A stretch of 63,147 nt of DNA, filler included, from Choristocarpus tenellus KU-1152 (lineage: Eukaryota; Protista; Phaeophyceae): the NCBI GenBank assembly GCA_964200185.2. It is 11 parts of 11 records of this genome, joined end to end, with 100 filler letters (N's around TTAATTAATTAA, not from the genome) between each part and the next. Parts side by side here need not be neighbours in the genome. Positions count along the whole stretch, not along the records: positions 36,407 to 41,703 come from CAXNAD020011240.1; positions 41,804 to 46,654 come from CAXNAD020012796.1; positions 46,755 to 55,585 come from CAXNAD020004283.1; 8 more parts are not named here. The stretch is one strand, 5' to 3'. The notes under the pieces were generated by a model. It worked only from the letters and a program-made list of their open reading frames with translations. It searched no databases and was not told the DNA's origin. Of this stretch, positions 40,000 through 51,622 are shown piece after piece. Position 1 is the stretch's first letter. Each line of letters begins with the position of its first letter. Position numbers and translations under genes: made by a program.

Positions 40000-40660
40000 A
40001 AGCAGACTGGTAAGTTTGTTTACCTTAGGAGAACCACAAGCGATGATGCCGCAAGAAGCTTGAAAATGTTTTCACAAATACAACCGAAAGTGCTTTACCA
40101 CAGAACCCCAGGTGTCTCACTTGAGCTGAAGGTAATACTCTGGAGTATATCCAAATGCTCAAAGCTGAACGAAGTACTTGAAACTTTGTTATATGGGTTT
40201 ATGGAGTAAACTCTCTGTCGGTCTCATTATCTGAAGCTGCGCTCTCACCACCACAAGTTACTCCTCTGCTGCATAAGTTTCTGCAAGCGCAAACACACCA
40301 ATCATCATGTCAGGTTATACAAAGATCCTCTTCTTATGAAGACTGGATATAAGAGTGTCGGGGCAATGGTGGGCAAACGGAGGATCACGTTTGCAGGGTC
40401 AGTTGCTTGCATGGCAAATGAGATATTTCCTAAGATACGGATGTTTGAGGACCTGGTAGATAAAACGAAAGCAAGGTGGACAGGAGAAGGACCGCTGGGC
40501 ATGCCTCAAGACAAGCTTAACAAGATTGGGATTGGAGTTGAAAGCTGGAGCACAGGGGTCACTAATCAAAAGGAGTGACACGAGTGTGTGGCTGATGGTA
40601 CAACGGGGTTCATGGCTGGACGAATTTTCAAGGAAGCTGTGATTATGTAATGTACGTTAC
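40000..40660 (+). mobile_element. 3' fragment of an RTE-like LINE
   Basis: SLELKV...LMKTGYKSVGAMVGKRRITFAGSVACMANEIFPKIRMFEDLV; similar to the 42900-43250 minus-strand copy. Confidence 0.75.
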
Positions 40661-40689
40661 ATCAAAGCAATTGCTAAGTTCATCCAAGC

Positions 40690-40740
40690 CACACCACCAC
40701 CACCACCACCACCACCATCACCATCACCATCACTATCACT
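40690..40740. repeat. (CAC/CAT)n microsatellite
   Basis: Visible triplet repeat just after the LINE 3' end. Confidence 0.85.
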
Positions 40741-41703
40741 GCCTGCTGTTTGCTCTTTACTTTTTTGGGCGAATTTCTCTTGTGCCCTCTCTGTTCATTT
40801 GATCTGTTTCTTTCTTCAAGAGAGAGTCTGGGTGTTACTTCAAGAGTTTCTTGCCACGGCAGTGCCTCTCAACCCCAAACTCAGGAGTACCCCAAACCTT
40901 GTACGGTCAGTTAGGTTATGGTGTAGGGGAAGGGGGGGGGTCGAAGTTCTGGGACTTCTTGCAGCAACACCCGGACTCTTGAAATAAGAACACATCAGTG
41001 GAACATTTGTTGCACTGTATTCTCCACACATTGCAGATGTGTATGTTTAATAAAGACTACCCAATGCATCTCACTGAATGAGCAAACGCATACGACACAC
41101 CAATGATCAGTTACTAGCAAAAAAGAGATGCACAACTAATAGCAGACAACAGAAACCTGCAGAGACGATAGTTGAGTCTCCAGACAACTCTGGTCGAATT
41201 AGAAGCACAGTCAATCTCACCATCCCTGCTTCCCCAGCCTTGACTGGTGCTGGTCCGATACCGGGACAAGTCCTACTATTGGAGCCTGACTACTGCAGAG
41301 CCTGATGTAAAACTCGATTTGGTTTAGGATGGAAAAACGAGTCCCATCTTCACCTCTATCCTCTAGATGCCCAACTGACAGCAGTAGTGAGCCCTTGTAG
41401 GATGAGGTCAAGTCCCCTCAAAAGCGATGCAGGCAGGACAAGGACGAATATTGCTATTGCATAACCCTCTACGCAGGTGAAACCGCTCCCTCTTTGCATA
41501 ACCATCCGCCACGGCAGAGTCTTTATGTACTCAGTAAGGAGCTAGGAGATGAACATCTATCCACTAACAGCTGACCATCAAAATCGAGGATGGAGCTTTT
41601 TATTGAGGATGGGCAAGACCCGGAAAGTGCATATATATTTTTGGTCAAAAATATTTCGGTGCTAGTGGAGGGCACCGCTACGATTTGGAAGCGACCTCGA
41701 CCA

Positions 41704-41803
41704 NNNNNNNNNNNNNNNNNNNNNNNNNNNNNNNNNNNNNNNNNNNNTTAATTAATTAANNNNNNNNNNNNNNNNNNNNNNNNNNNNNNNNNNNNNNNNN
41801 NNN
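41704..41803. other. Artificial contig linker
   Basis: N44-TTAATTAATTAA-N44. Confidence 0.98.
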
Positions 41804-41864
41804 TAAGCAATCTCGCCAACTTTATCACCTTTATCCTCTTTGATGATTTTGGGGATACTTTAAC
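41804..41864. mobile_element. Family D element end
   Basis: AAGCAATCTCGC...TTTATCCTCTTTGATGATTTTGGGGATACTTTAAC, reverse complement of 35887-35948. Confidence 0.65.
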
Positions 41865-41949
41865 AGTATGTTCTCCTGTTCTCTATGTAACCTCTCCCAA
41901 AAGTTTTGCAATAACCCTGAGAAGCATTTTAAGAGCATATGTGTCACCA

Positions 41950-44300
41950 ATGATATTCGCGTGTAGTTTCTAACAATCTGCTCAATCCTTCTTGTCAAGC
42001 ACAGTGACGACCGTCTCCTTCTAGGGAACTACAGCACATTTTTTTTGTCCCACACAGCCAAGACAATCTTGTGGAAGTCCTTAAGGATAATCTTATCCTC
42101 CTTTAGGCTAAGCCTCTGGATCTCAGTAGAGAGGTTATCTGGCCCCATGGCCTTCCCATTTCCCGTTACCTGGATTGCATAAGCCACCTTCCACTATTGC
42201 TAGTGTAATAGTGATTGCCATGGGCGTGGGTTGGTGATTGAGGGTCTTACTATGAGGATTGAGGTCGACCAACTTGTCATTGAGGACCACTCTAAACAAT
42301 CTCCTCCATGATGAGTCCTTGCTCTTTCAGCAACTTACTAGATTTACTTCAAAAGCGTTTGGGAGTCACTTCATCTGTGATTCTCTCTACCTTGAACCCT
42401 TTGAGGTGTTGGTGGAAACCAGCTTGGTCCCCACAGTGAATAAGGATTTCCGTCTTCTTTGTGTAGGTGTCAAGGAATTCCTGTAATGACAAAGGTCTCA
42501 CCCGTTTGAGCTGTTTGCCAGACATTTTCAACGTGTTTAGGAGGTTTGGGTAGACCTGTTTCCTTGCCCTTCCAGCTCCTCCCAAGCTTCCAGGAACTTT
42601 CCTTGAGCTTGGTCACTTGCAAACCACCACCTGGGGCAACAACGTCTGTGTAGGGGGTGACAGGGGTTCTGAGGCAACTTCCAAAACAAATGGGCTGGGT
42701 ATGAAGCTGCCAAGTTGTTGGTGCTGGCAAGTATATAAGGGTTATCTTTGATTGGCACCGCTTCCACTGTTTTGAGGATTTTCAGCATTACATCCGCCAG
42801 TTCAGATATCAACAGGTGATTAGACGGTTGGTTGCCCTTTTGCTTTATTCCTCAATCATGATCCCAAATATCGTCTTACAGGGGCATCCACCAGTTCTTG
42901 TCCTTCCACCTTGATTCCGTTTTCCAGCCACAAGTTCCCCAAATACCATTACCTTCGGAAGTCACTCATTCCCCATGCGTGCAACTAACCCAGCAAATAG
43001 ACGTCTCTGTTTTTGGAACGCTGCCTTGATACTCTCAAACCCAGTCTTCACAAAAGAGCATCTTTGTAGGACAGGGTATGTTCAGTGCGTTCCCGTTTGA
43101 GGAATCCTGTGCACTGTAGGAAAAGTTTGTGGTAGTGAGAACGGAGCTTCCGATAGTGAATCTGGTTGAGTGTCCGTTTCATGTAACCATGTAACAGAAC
43201 TTAAAATACTTCAGCTTTGAGTGCTCGAATCTTAAGCTCAAGTGCTATACCGGACGTCCGTTCATAGAGTACTTGACTGTATCCGAAAAAGCAAATGCCA
43301 AGGTCTCTGAATCTTCCGGTTGATCTCAGTAGTGATAACGGCATCATCACTGGTGGTGCCTCTGGGGTAGACAAACTTGTAAGTCTGGTCGAGTGCCTGG
43401 ATCTGCAATGTTTTGTGCAGTTTATTAGGAGGCCATAAACATGGGTAAAGAAAACATATGTTTTGGCCCTCTAATAAACTGAACAAACCAGTTAGACCGA
43501 GTGTTCTGGCCACCTTTCACAAGCACTGTCATCATCCTGACCAAACCTCCTTGGGTGTTGGAGACAGTTCCCACATCATCAAAACATACCACAGGAGCTA
43601 CTCAAGTGTTATCCCACTCCCTATTGCTCCTCCTCTGATCCGGTTGTTTGTGGCTGCTCTCTTGGTGAAGGAAAGGTCTGAGACAAAATCCTTAACTATT
43701 ACTCTTGCCACTGGGGTGAAGAAGATTGTGAAGAGGATGGGGGCATTATTACATCATTGCCGAAGCCATGTCTAACCTCGAATCCGTCTGTGAACTCTCC
43801 ATCATCCATGCGAATACATGCCCTCATATCAGAATGGAATTAACCAATGAGAGCGATCATCTTTTCAGGTATGCCAAATATGCCCACAGAACAATCCACA
43901 GGAGATCGTGATTAACAAATTCATATGTTTTTAGTAGATCGATAAAGCGCATGAATAGGGCACAAACTCTTACTGGTCAACCTCTGGACAGCATGTAAAG
44001 TATACAGGATGTTCAAAGTGGAACGTCAGCTTCGGAAACCTCACTGTTCCTTATGGAGCATATTTTCGTTTTCCAGGTAACTCCAAGTCGTCGTGCAACA
44101 ATCTTGAGATGGATTTTGAGAAAATGTGCCATTAATGAGACGTAGTTGGCATTAAGAGTTAGGTCCACGCTGATATTCGCATCCTTCCAGACTTGTGGAA
44201 CAGTTTCAGTGTTCCATACAGTCGACACAGTATTTTGGGAGCCCTGGAAGATAGCCTTGTCTTCCTGTAGATCAAGTCTGAAACCTCACATGGAAGATTG
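41950..44300 (-). pseudogene. Two decayed RTE-like LINE ORF2 fragments (reverse transcriptase)
   Basis: About 44300-42850: VWNTETVPQVWKDANI, FIDL.K, GIPEKMI, MRACIRMDDGE, FTIFF, LELKIRALKAEV, FAGLVARM...LPK.MVFGEL. About 42560-41950: GNGKAMGPDNLSTE. Many stops and frameshifts. Confidence 0.85.
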
Positions 44301-44708
44301 TCGTCACCCATACCTTTCCCATTTCCATACTTTAGTCACCTTCATAAGGTATACCCCATTTCATCAGCTGGTGAATGGAGAATCCAACCTCTTTGTTGTA
44401 GTATACTATTTTCTGTACAACCTCCAAACCCTAGGTGTACACTCAATACATTCCTTCTGTCCTACTTTATGTTGCTCGGTTTAAAGTTCGAAGTTACACT
44501 TGTCGTAGTGTTGGGTCACATCTCAAGGTTTTTAGATACGAAGGTGAAAGGGTCTCTGCAACCTTGAAGCTGTTACGATATAGAACTATCGTGATGCCGT
44601 AGAACAAGTTTACGTCAGCCCTTTAGAACCGTGACTTAGAAGGACAGCCAAGTAGTCAAGGAAGAGGGAGGATCACAAGTCGAGTAAGGACCAAGAGGAA
44701 GCTAAAGG

Positions 44709-45633
44709 ATGATGCAGAACAAGAGCAGAACTGGAGGGTTTGGGGTTAAACCAAAGGGGAGGGGAGGGACGTCCTCTGGTGGCAAGAGCAAGATTGTTAT
44801 CAAGCCCTTCAAGGTGGGCAGACGCCCAAACAGCTTTCACACCCCAACTCAGGAACATCGAGACCGAGCAGTATTGGCTCTCTATGTTGTGTTTTCAAGA
44901 GTCCAGTTACATGTTTCCGCGCGCATCTTTCATTTGGCACACTTCGCTCATGTTGAAGTGACACTGGTGGTTCGATTGATGTTTCGGCATCCCGTCCTAT
45001 TCCCCCTATTTTGCCAACCCAAAGGTCCAACCCAAGGTACCCGACAACTTCGAGGACGACACATGGGACAAGCTTCGGAAGGCAGTCGTAGCTGTACAGA
45101 ACAAGGAGCCGGTAGCAACCAGTCGCGAGGAGCTCTACCATGCAGTGGAAGACCTTTGCGTTCACAAGATGGGTGGCAAACTCTACGACAGGTACATCAT
45201 CTCACAGGAGACCCTTTCATTGTTTTGCCTTCACAATGCTGTGGTAGGATAAACAGGGTCCATCCATCCTCTACATCCCCTGGTATCTATGCCTCATCCA
45301 CCTCTCTGAACGCACGAAAACCACCATTCATATCCCCCACACATGGCGTTGTTCACGGCACTCCATTCCTCGCACCTAATGGCCTTCCCCACCAACAGGT
45401 TGCAGGCAGAGTGTGACTCTCATATCGCTCGTCAGATCAGAGCTCTGGCAGGACAGACACCGGATTGCAACGCATTCCTGCAGCTAGTCGATGTCGCATG
45501 GCAGGACCACTGCTCACATATGCTCACTATCAGGAACATTTTCCTTTACTTAGATCGCAGCTTCGTGTTACAGTCTCCAGCCTTGTGTGGTATTTGGGAT
45601 CTCGGGCTGGAGCTCTTCCGGAAACACCTTCAG
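44709..45633 (+). CDS. CUL4: Cullin-4, first three exons
   Basis: Exons 44709-44813, 45025-45191, 45399-45633: KIVIKPFKVQPKVPDNFEDDTWDKLRKAV...SREELYHAVEDLC.HKM...W.DHC.HMLTIRNIFLYLDRSFV...IWDLGLELFR. Confidence 0.93.
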
Positions 45634-46654
45634 GTAAGGGAGTGGGGTGGTGATAGGTGCTTTGTACCATTGCTGCACGGAAAATGGCCACGAGGGGTAT
45701 GGGCGTGAAGTATATTTTGGGTCTAAGTGCATTTTGCGATAATCTGTAGCAGTACAGAACTGAAGGAGTAAGTTTTCTGTGGGAAGAGTAAAACGTGAGT
45801 CACAAGATTGGGTGCAAGGATACCTACCTGTTTTTTATGGTGCCCTCTTGACGTTTTCTTGTGCCACACAGTGCATGTTTAGGTATCAACAATGAACTCC
45901 AACAGAATCGCTTGAGTCCTCAATGGTGAACAGAGTGACAATCTCTGCCATACGGCAGCACAATTGAATACATCACAGTCAGGCACACACATGACCACAT
46001 CGCAAGGCAATTAAATGATGCAAGAGGGTCTGCCTGTAACATCAACTCTGTAACTCTCTACAAGCTAGGAATTTGTCCGCTCCTGCTGTCGTATCAACTC
46101 TGTTTTTTTGGTGACATTAGATGCCGTTTGATTCACTGTACTATTTCCTTCTCAGTGGAGTGCAGTGTTGGTATCGATGATTTTGCTTAAGTGGTCCATT
46201 GAATGTGTGATAGATCTCTCCTTGTATTAGGAAACAACAATACGATACTATATACATAATATATTAATTAGGGTTAGTGTTGATGAACACGAGGGAAGCG
46301 AACGCAGTGCTCTGAACAAAGCAGTAATATTGATAATAATAATATATAATATATAATAATATTAGGGTAGTTTGAACTTGTCTCTCTCACTTGCTATCCA
46401 TGCCTTCGGACAAGCATCCTCGACACGTGGTTTAGGTGGTAACGTGGAGTAGCTGTGTACGTCATAACCGGGATGGGCTGTTTAAGTCTTAACTGTTCTC
46501 TTTGCTCTGTTAGGAAAGGACTAGGTTATAGCTAGTTTATATTTTTCTGTATCTTACCTAACTGTCAAGTTCTTGTGCAGTTATGCACTTACCCCGCCGC
46601 ACCACCCTCCGCTCACTCCTCCCGCCGCGACACAGCCGCTAGCATGAGCGAACC

Positions 46655-46754
46655 NNNNNNNNNNNNNNNNNNNNNNNNNNNNNNNNNNNNNNNNNNNNTT
46701 AATTAATTAANNNNNNNNNNNNNNNNNNNNNNNNNNNNNNNNNNNNNNNNNNNN
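46655..46754. other. Artificial contig linker
   Basis: N44-TTAATTAATTAA-N44. Confidence 0.98.
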
Positions 46755-46953
46755 CATTGGACTTTGATCCCCATATGGACGCGGCTGTACCCTCTAAGAT
46801 ACTTTGGATCTCCGGACACACCTTCTCATAATGTATACATTTTCCCTACTCCGAAACATTTTGGAGTAGGAAAATGTCATAAAAACCCATTGGAAGTCAA
46901 GCCCCAAATGGACAAACGGGGCAAAACTAGTACCCTCTAAGATAATTTCACTC
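46755..46953. mobile_element. Two family A ends in tandem (nested, opposite orientation)
   Basis: One TIR ends near 46808 (TACCCTCTAAGATACTTTG); the other half of a family A element follows and ends TACCCTCTAAGATAATTTCACTC at 46953. Confidence 0.85.
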
Positions 46954-47344
46954 TTTATGAGACTCTCTACAGCACTGACCAAAAGCAAACGAGAGGCACT
47001 CAGGTTTTGGTCGATTTTCGTTTCAAGTCTGTTTTTCAATCTTTTGGAATTCACTTGTATTTATATTGATGAAGATTCAAAGGTCGACATTTCAACGATT
47101 ATTTCAACCTAGGCACCTCTCGTTTACTTTGACCCACTATATTGCATGTCCCCTTCAAAAGAGAGGGATTGGCAACCGGACAACCCTCTGACACATATAT
47201 TGATTAAATGATACTCAGTAAGAAGTGAACTTGGAGATAGGCCTTTGTAAATAGTGAAAAAACTGACGGGGGAGGAGGGTGTGATCCCCTAGACCACATG
47301 TCGTACATTTCGTATCCTCTGAATAGTCTGAACCTATTGAATAC

Positions 47345-50300
47345 CTGGTCATTGATGATGCTCTCCAGCAACTTACAAGAGGATCCCTCCAGCAACAGCA
47401 TTATCGCTTCCTCGGCAACCCCCTCAACTTTCCTCTCTTGCCTTGCCTGTTCTGCCTCCCGCCTTAGTGATCTTGCCTCAATTCGCCTCTCTTTCCGGTC
47501 ATCCCTATCTATCTTCTCAAACATCTTGCGCAATTCCTCCCTCTTTGGGCCATGCTCTGTCTCCTCTAGGTAGTTACAGTAGGAAGGACTCTCCAAGAAA
47601 GTATGCCCTACGTCATGGAGGCGCAAGAGAGTCTCCCACTCTACCTCATCCAACAAATATGGGGGGATCATAGCAATACCACCCATGACTCCATCTTCGC
47701 CCCTTCCCCTACCTACCTGCCCTCGAAGCCAACTTATTATTGAGGATGGCAGGTGTGAGCTTTCCATTTGCTCTGACCCATCATTGGTAAGGCGAGCCCT
47801 AAGTGTTTCTCCCAGGGTCACAGGCCATGAACAACCCTCCCTGATGAAGTCACTGTACACTTTAACTACCAGATCTCTGTAACCTGGTGATGTGGTGGGT
47901 ATCCTTCGGCACCCCCTGACTGCCTCCAACAAGGCCAGAGTGTTTAGCACACTGCTGACACCGGCTTCCTGCATCCTCTCAGGAGAGTTCAATGTTCCCC
48001 TCCCCCCAGCCTTCTCTTGCAGGAACAGAACGAAGAGCTCACGACCAGCATGGTCTCTGATTGCGAGGTCAAGCTCAGCGAATCCGCAAGGGGCACTGGG
48101 GTGAGTGCTGGTTGCGTGCCTGAGGTAGTGCTTACGGACACCCACAAATGTAGCATTACAGGAGGGATGTGCACACCAGAGTGTGGGGGGGTACTCAACC
48201 TCAAAGTTATGCCTCAACAATGCCCTATGCTGCTGCCACTGTTCCTCCAACACATTTTGTTGGGCCTGCATTGTGTAGTTGGTATGGATGGCTCTGCCAC
48301 TGGGGGTGTAACTACGAAGATTATTTGTACTATCATTTGCACCCTCCGTTGCAGCAATAGTGGTGTAAGCTGCAGCTGCCAGGGCCTTTTCTTTCTCTAC
48401 CACAGCTCTCTTGCCAGCTGTGCTATGCAGAAAAGAATTGGCCTGCTGCTTGAACTCTTTGGAATCAGCAGCTTCAAGCACAGCTTGCAATCTTTCAAGG
48501 CGTTTCTCCTCTTCCTCTATGAGGCATTCAATGTGTGAGCCCTACCATTTGGGGGAGGTCAGCGAGTTTGGAGGTGGATGGGGAGAGGGAGAGATCGTGT
48601 TGATGTAATAGGTGCTAGACTCTGTGATCAAAAAAAGGGAATTTCTCCTTTGGTTAAGTGGTACATTTGAAGCCATGCGCTGGACCACGTGGCCCACAAA
48701 CCAAACTATTTATAACATAGCACTCTACAAAGTGGGGAGTTTGTTCCTCTATCTTTAGTCCAGGAATGAAAGTGGGCACACAACAATGTATACAAATCAA
48801 TATATTGCTACATTTGCCGTCAGTAGTTCAGCAGTTATTAATATAGGGGGTCTTCAGATGAATGAGGAGGTTCAATTCAAATAAGTTCCGTTCCTCACAG
48901 TAGGCATAGATCCATGGTCTCTTCTGGACTCGAGTCGGCCTTATTGTCTGGGCTCTTACTTGATACCCCCCAGTATCAGATGGGTAACTCTATACTGCGC
49001 CACACCTCAAAATGTTAGCTCACCTCCTTGTCCTGCACAGCTCGTGCTGCTCTCCTCCAGATGTCTTCCTCAACCATATTCCTGAGCCTTACACATGCCA
49101 TTTTTTGCCTCCAGGCTTTCTGCAAGCTGAGGCATGCCCTCCTGGTAGCACAGTACCATGGACGTTGTCGGGTACGGAGGACTCGGGCTGCAAGTCTTGA
49201 GCATGCCATCTCTAGGCCTCGCCTCCTACGTTCATCTTTTGCCCAGTCCCGCCAAGTTGTAAGAGGACAACAGATGAGTATTTTTTTTCTCATGGCTTTG
49301 ACCCTCTGTGATGTCCAAGCATAGGACGCCATGGCTTCAAATACACGGAGGAGTACCCCAAGCATCATCCTCCTCTGACATTGGCGGATGATGTCGATTC
49401 GGTTTTTCTTAACTCCCTGCACATACTGAGCCCAAGAAACAAGGCAATTACCTAGGCAACGGTAATGGGTCCGACGTAAGAGGGCTTTAGCTTTGGCAAT
49501 AGCGTCCGTACATTCCCGCCACATTTTAAAAACACGGGCAAGTAGCCTGCACTTGCCAAAGGTCATCCTTAGGTGAATGATTGGCTTCCATCGTTGTCGC
49601 ACCTTGTGCCCACGGAAAGCCGATTGGATAGCAAGTGCTACTGCCTTGCGTTTTCGCAGCAGGGATGGCCAAACTCCCCACCACCAGTTTTGAATATGGC
49701 AAGAGGCATCGGAGACCATTCCCATGTAGTCTTCTCCGGGACTAGGAGTGAGACTGAATTCTTCTTCCGGAAGGGGTCCATATCGTAAGGAAAGGTTGAA
49801 GTATATACCATAGTCCCGTTTTCGTCGCTGAGCCTCCTCTAGGCTGTGGAGAAGAGAAAGGTTGAGAGTTGGTAGTGTGGATTGTGGTATTGCCCTTAGG
49901 TCTGTGGTGCACATGTTCTTCAATAGGCCTTGCTGGTCTAATGCCCTTGTCGGGTTTACTGAATTAGTGAACACATAGTGTATGTGAATGGATCGTGTGA
50001 GAAGGGAGGGTTGTATTCTGAGTTTAGAGTGGGGTCCATCTCTCTCTTACTTGATAAGGTGTCTCATTGTGTATTCCTCCCTCCTCATCTCTTCCAGTTC
50101 CATTTTCTGTAACTCTGACTCTGCAAAAAATGTGAGCGGATGCAACTTCCGATGCAAATGTCTTCCCGAAATTCCGTCGCCCTTGACCTTTTGGTCTCCT
50201 CTTCTTTCAAAATGTTTTACCCTTCTCTTTTTCCCTCTCTTCTTGCATGATCCTGCTTCCCCAAGGCCTAACATCATGCGACATTGCATGTTCTCTCGGG

Positions 50301-51414
50301 CTTCAATTTGCTGCACCGTGATAGCTCGAATATCTGCCTGGGCTCCAAGAATTTCAGCGTTGCATCTATCATCGACAGCCATCTTCAGGATAGCTGTGGG
50401 AGCACAAAGTCGTCCGATGTCCTGATTGCAGAGTTTCCCTTCTACCATAAGCGCAGTAGGTAGGTCTAACTCACACAATGCAGTGGGGAATTTCGATATT
50501 GAGGAATTATTAATCTCTACTTTGGGGGCACTGAAGGCATTCTTATCAGAAGCACTGGTGCTAAGCCGTACTGCCCAATTCCTCAACTCCACACGACTAT
50601 GATCTTCTGATATGATATCCTTCTTATTTTCACTGGTCTGACGCAGCACCTCATTGTTGGATCCTAGTTTTGACTGAATACTCACTGCAGGGATGTTTTG
50701 TTGGGCCTGCCACCCAGGCACAGGATAGGTTGGGACGGACTTGGGGTTAGAGTGGACAGGCAGGCAAGCTTTGTTCTTCACACGTTGTTCAATGAATTCA
50801 AACTAACAATATATATAGCTCCAGAAATATTGCTAAGTTAGTGAAACATATCAAGTAGTGTGAAGTCGTAAGAGTCCTATTGGAGACATAATGTAATATT
50901 GTACCTCAACATCCTGGCCAGCCGTATCCACTCTTTGTGACCAGGGAATATCGGTAAAGGTCAAACTTGAGCAACTCTGACACCCACGATGGTCCACAAT
51001 CGGTCGCCCTGGAGCAGGATGCCCATCCTTGGGCGGGTCAATACGTGTGAGAATGACTGTAGAGTTTTTCACCCCTTTGAAGATTTGGCTATGTGATCCA
51101 GGTTGGGATTTACGACCCGCAATAGGGCATATGGGACTGTAAATCTCCATGGAATTGAGCGAAGAGGAAGATGCATTGGCAACGGACCCTTTTGACAAAC
51201 CAAATTGTTCGAGTAGTGGATGTAACAACACGGGTCCTCGACTCTCCCCTTCCACTCTTCGTTTGCCACTATGAGACCTGTGAACCCCTGCAGGTTGCCA
51301 TTTGCGATCTGGGTGCGGGCGCTTTTTGCTGCGTTTGGGTCGTGACCATGCTCCAGAACCACCGTATTGGTTACCCCCATGGGAATGTTCGATGGTGGGG
51401 AGTTGAGATACCAT
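47345..51414 (-). CDS. Large protein with IQ motif, Sfi1-like Trp repeats, C2H2 finger and RGS domain (3' end not seen)
   Basis: Phase-consistent exons 51414-50905, 50706-50051, 49843-49024, 48541-47345. AIQSAFRGHKVRQRW (IQ); VFKMWR/CLVSWA/PLTTWR repeats; CAHPSC..F.....YLRH....H; IRDHAGRELFVLFL...LALLEAV...VYSDFIREG...VTL...LLDEVEWETL..L....TFLES (RGS). Confidence 0.75.
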
Positions 51415-51622
51415 GACGAGAATCGTTACTAGATCTCTGATATCCCGTCCCTGACAAAAAAGTAGTATGGAAATAATTCAAAGTTCAGAACGTTTCTTAG
51501 AAAAAAAAACTTTGGTCATGGATGTGAGACACCCTATAAAACAGAGTGATCACCTGAAAATTAAAGTTGAGGATATCGAACCGTCGTCTTATTCGTTGCA
51601 TTGCGAAAGGTGAAGTCCGAAC

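Noticed and set aside
44709-45416. 235-aa ORF as a single CDS
   Set aside because: It reads through CUL4 introns and goes out of frame after exon 1.
46420-46495. tRNA/SINE-like A-box (TGGTTTAGGTGG)
   Set aside because: No convincing B-box or cloverleaf.
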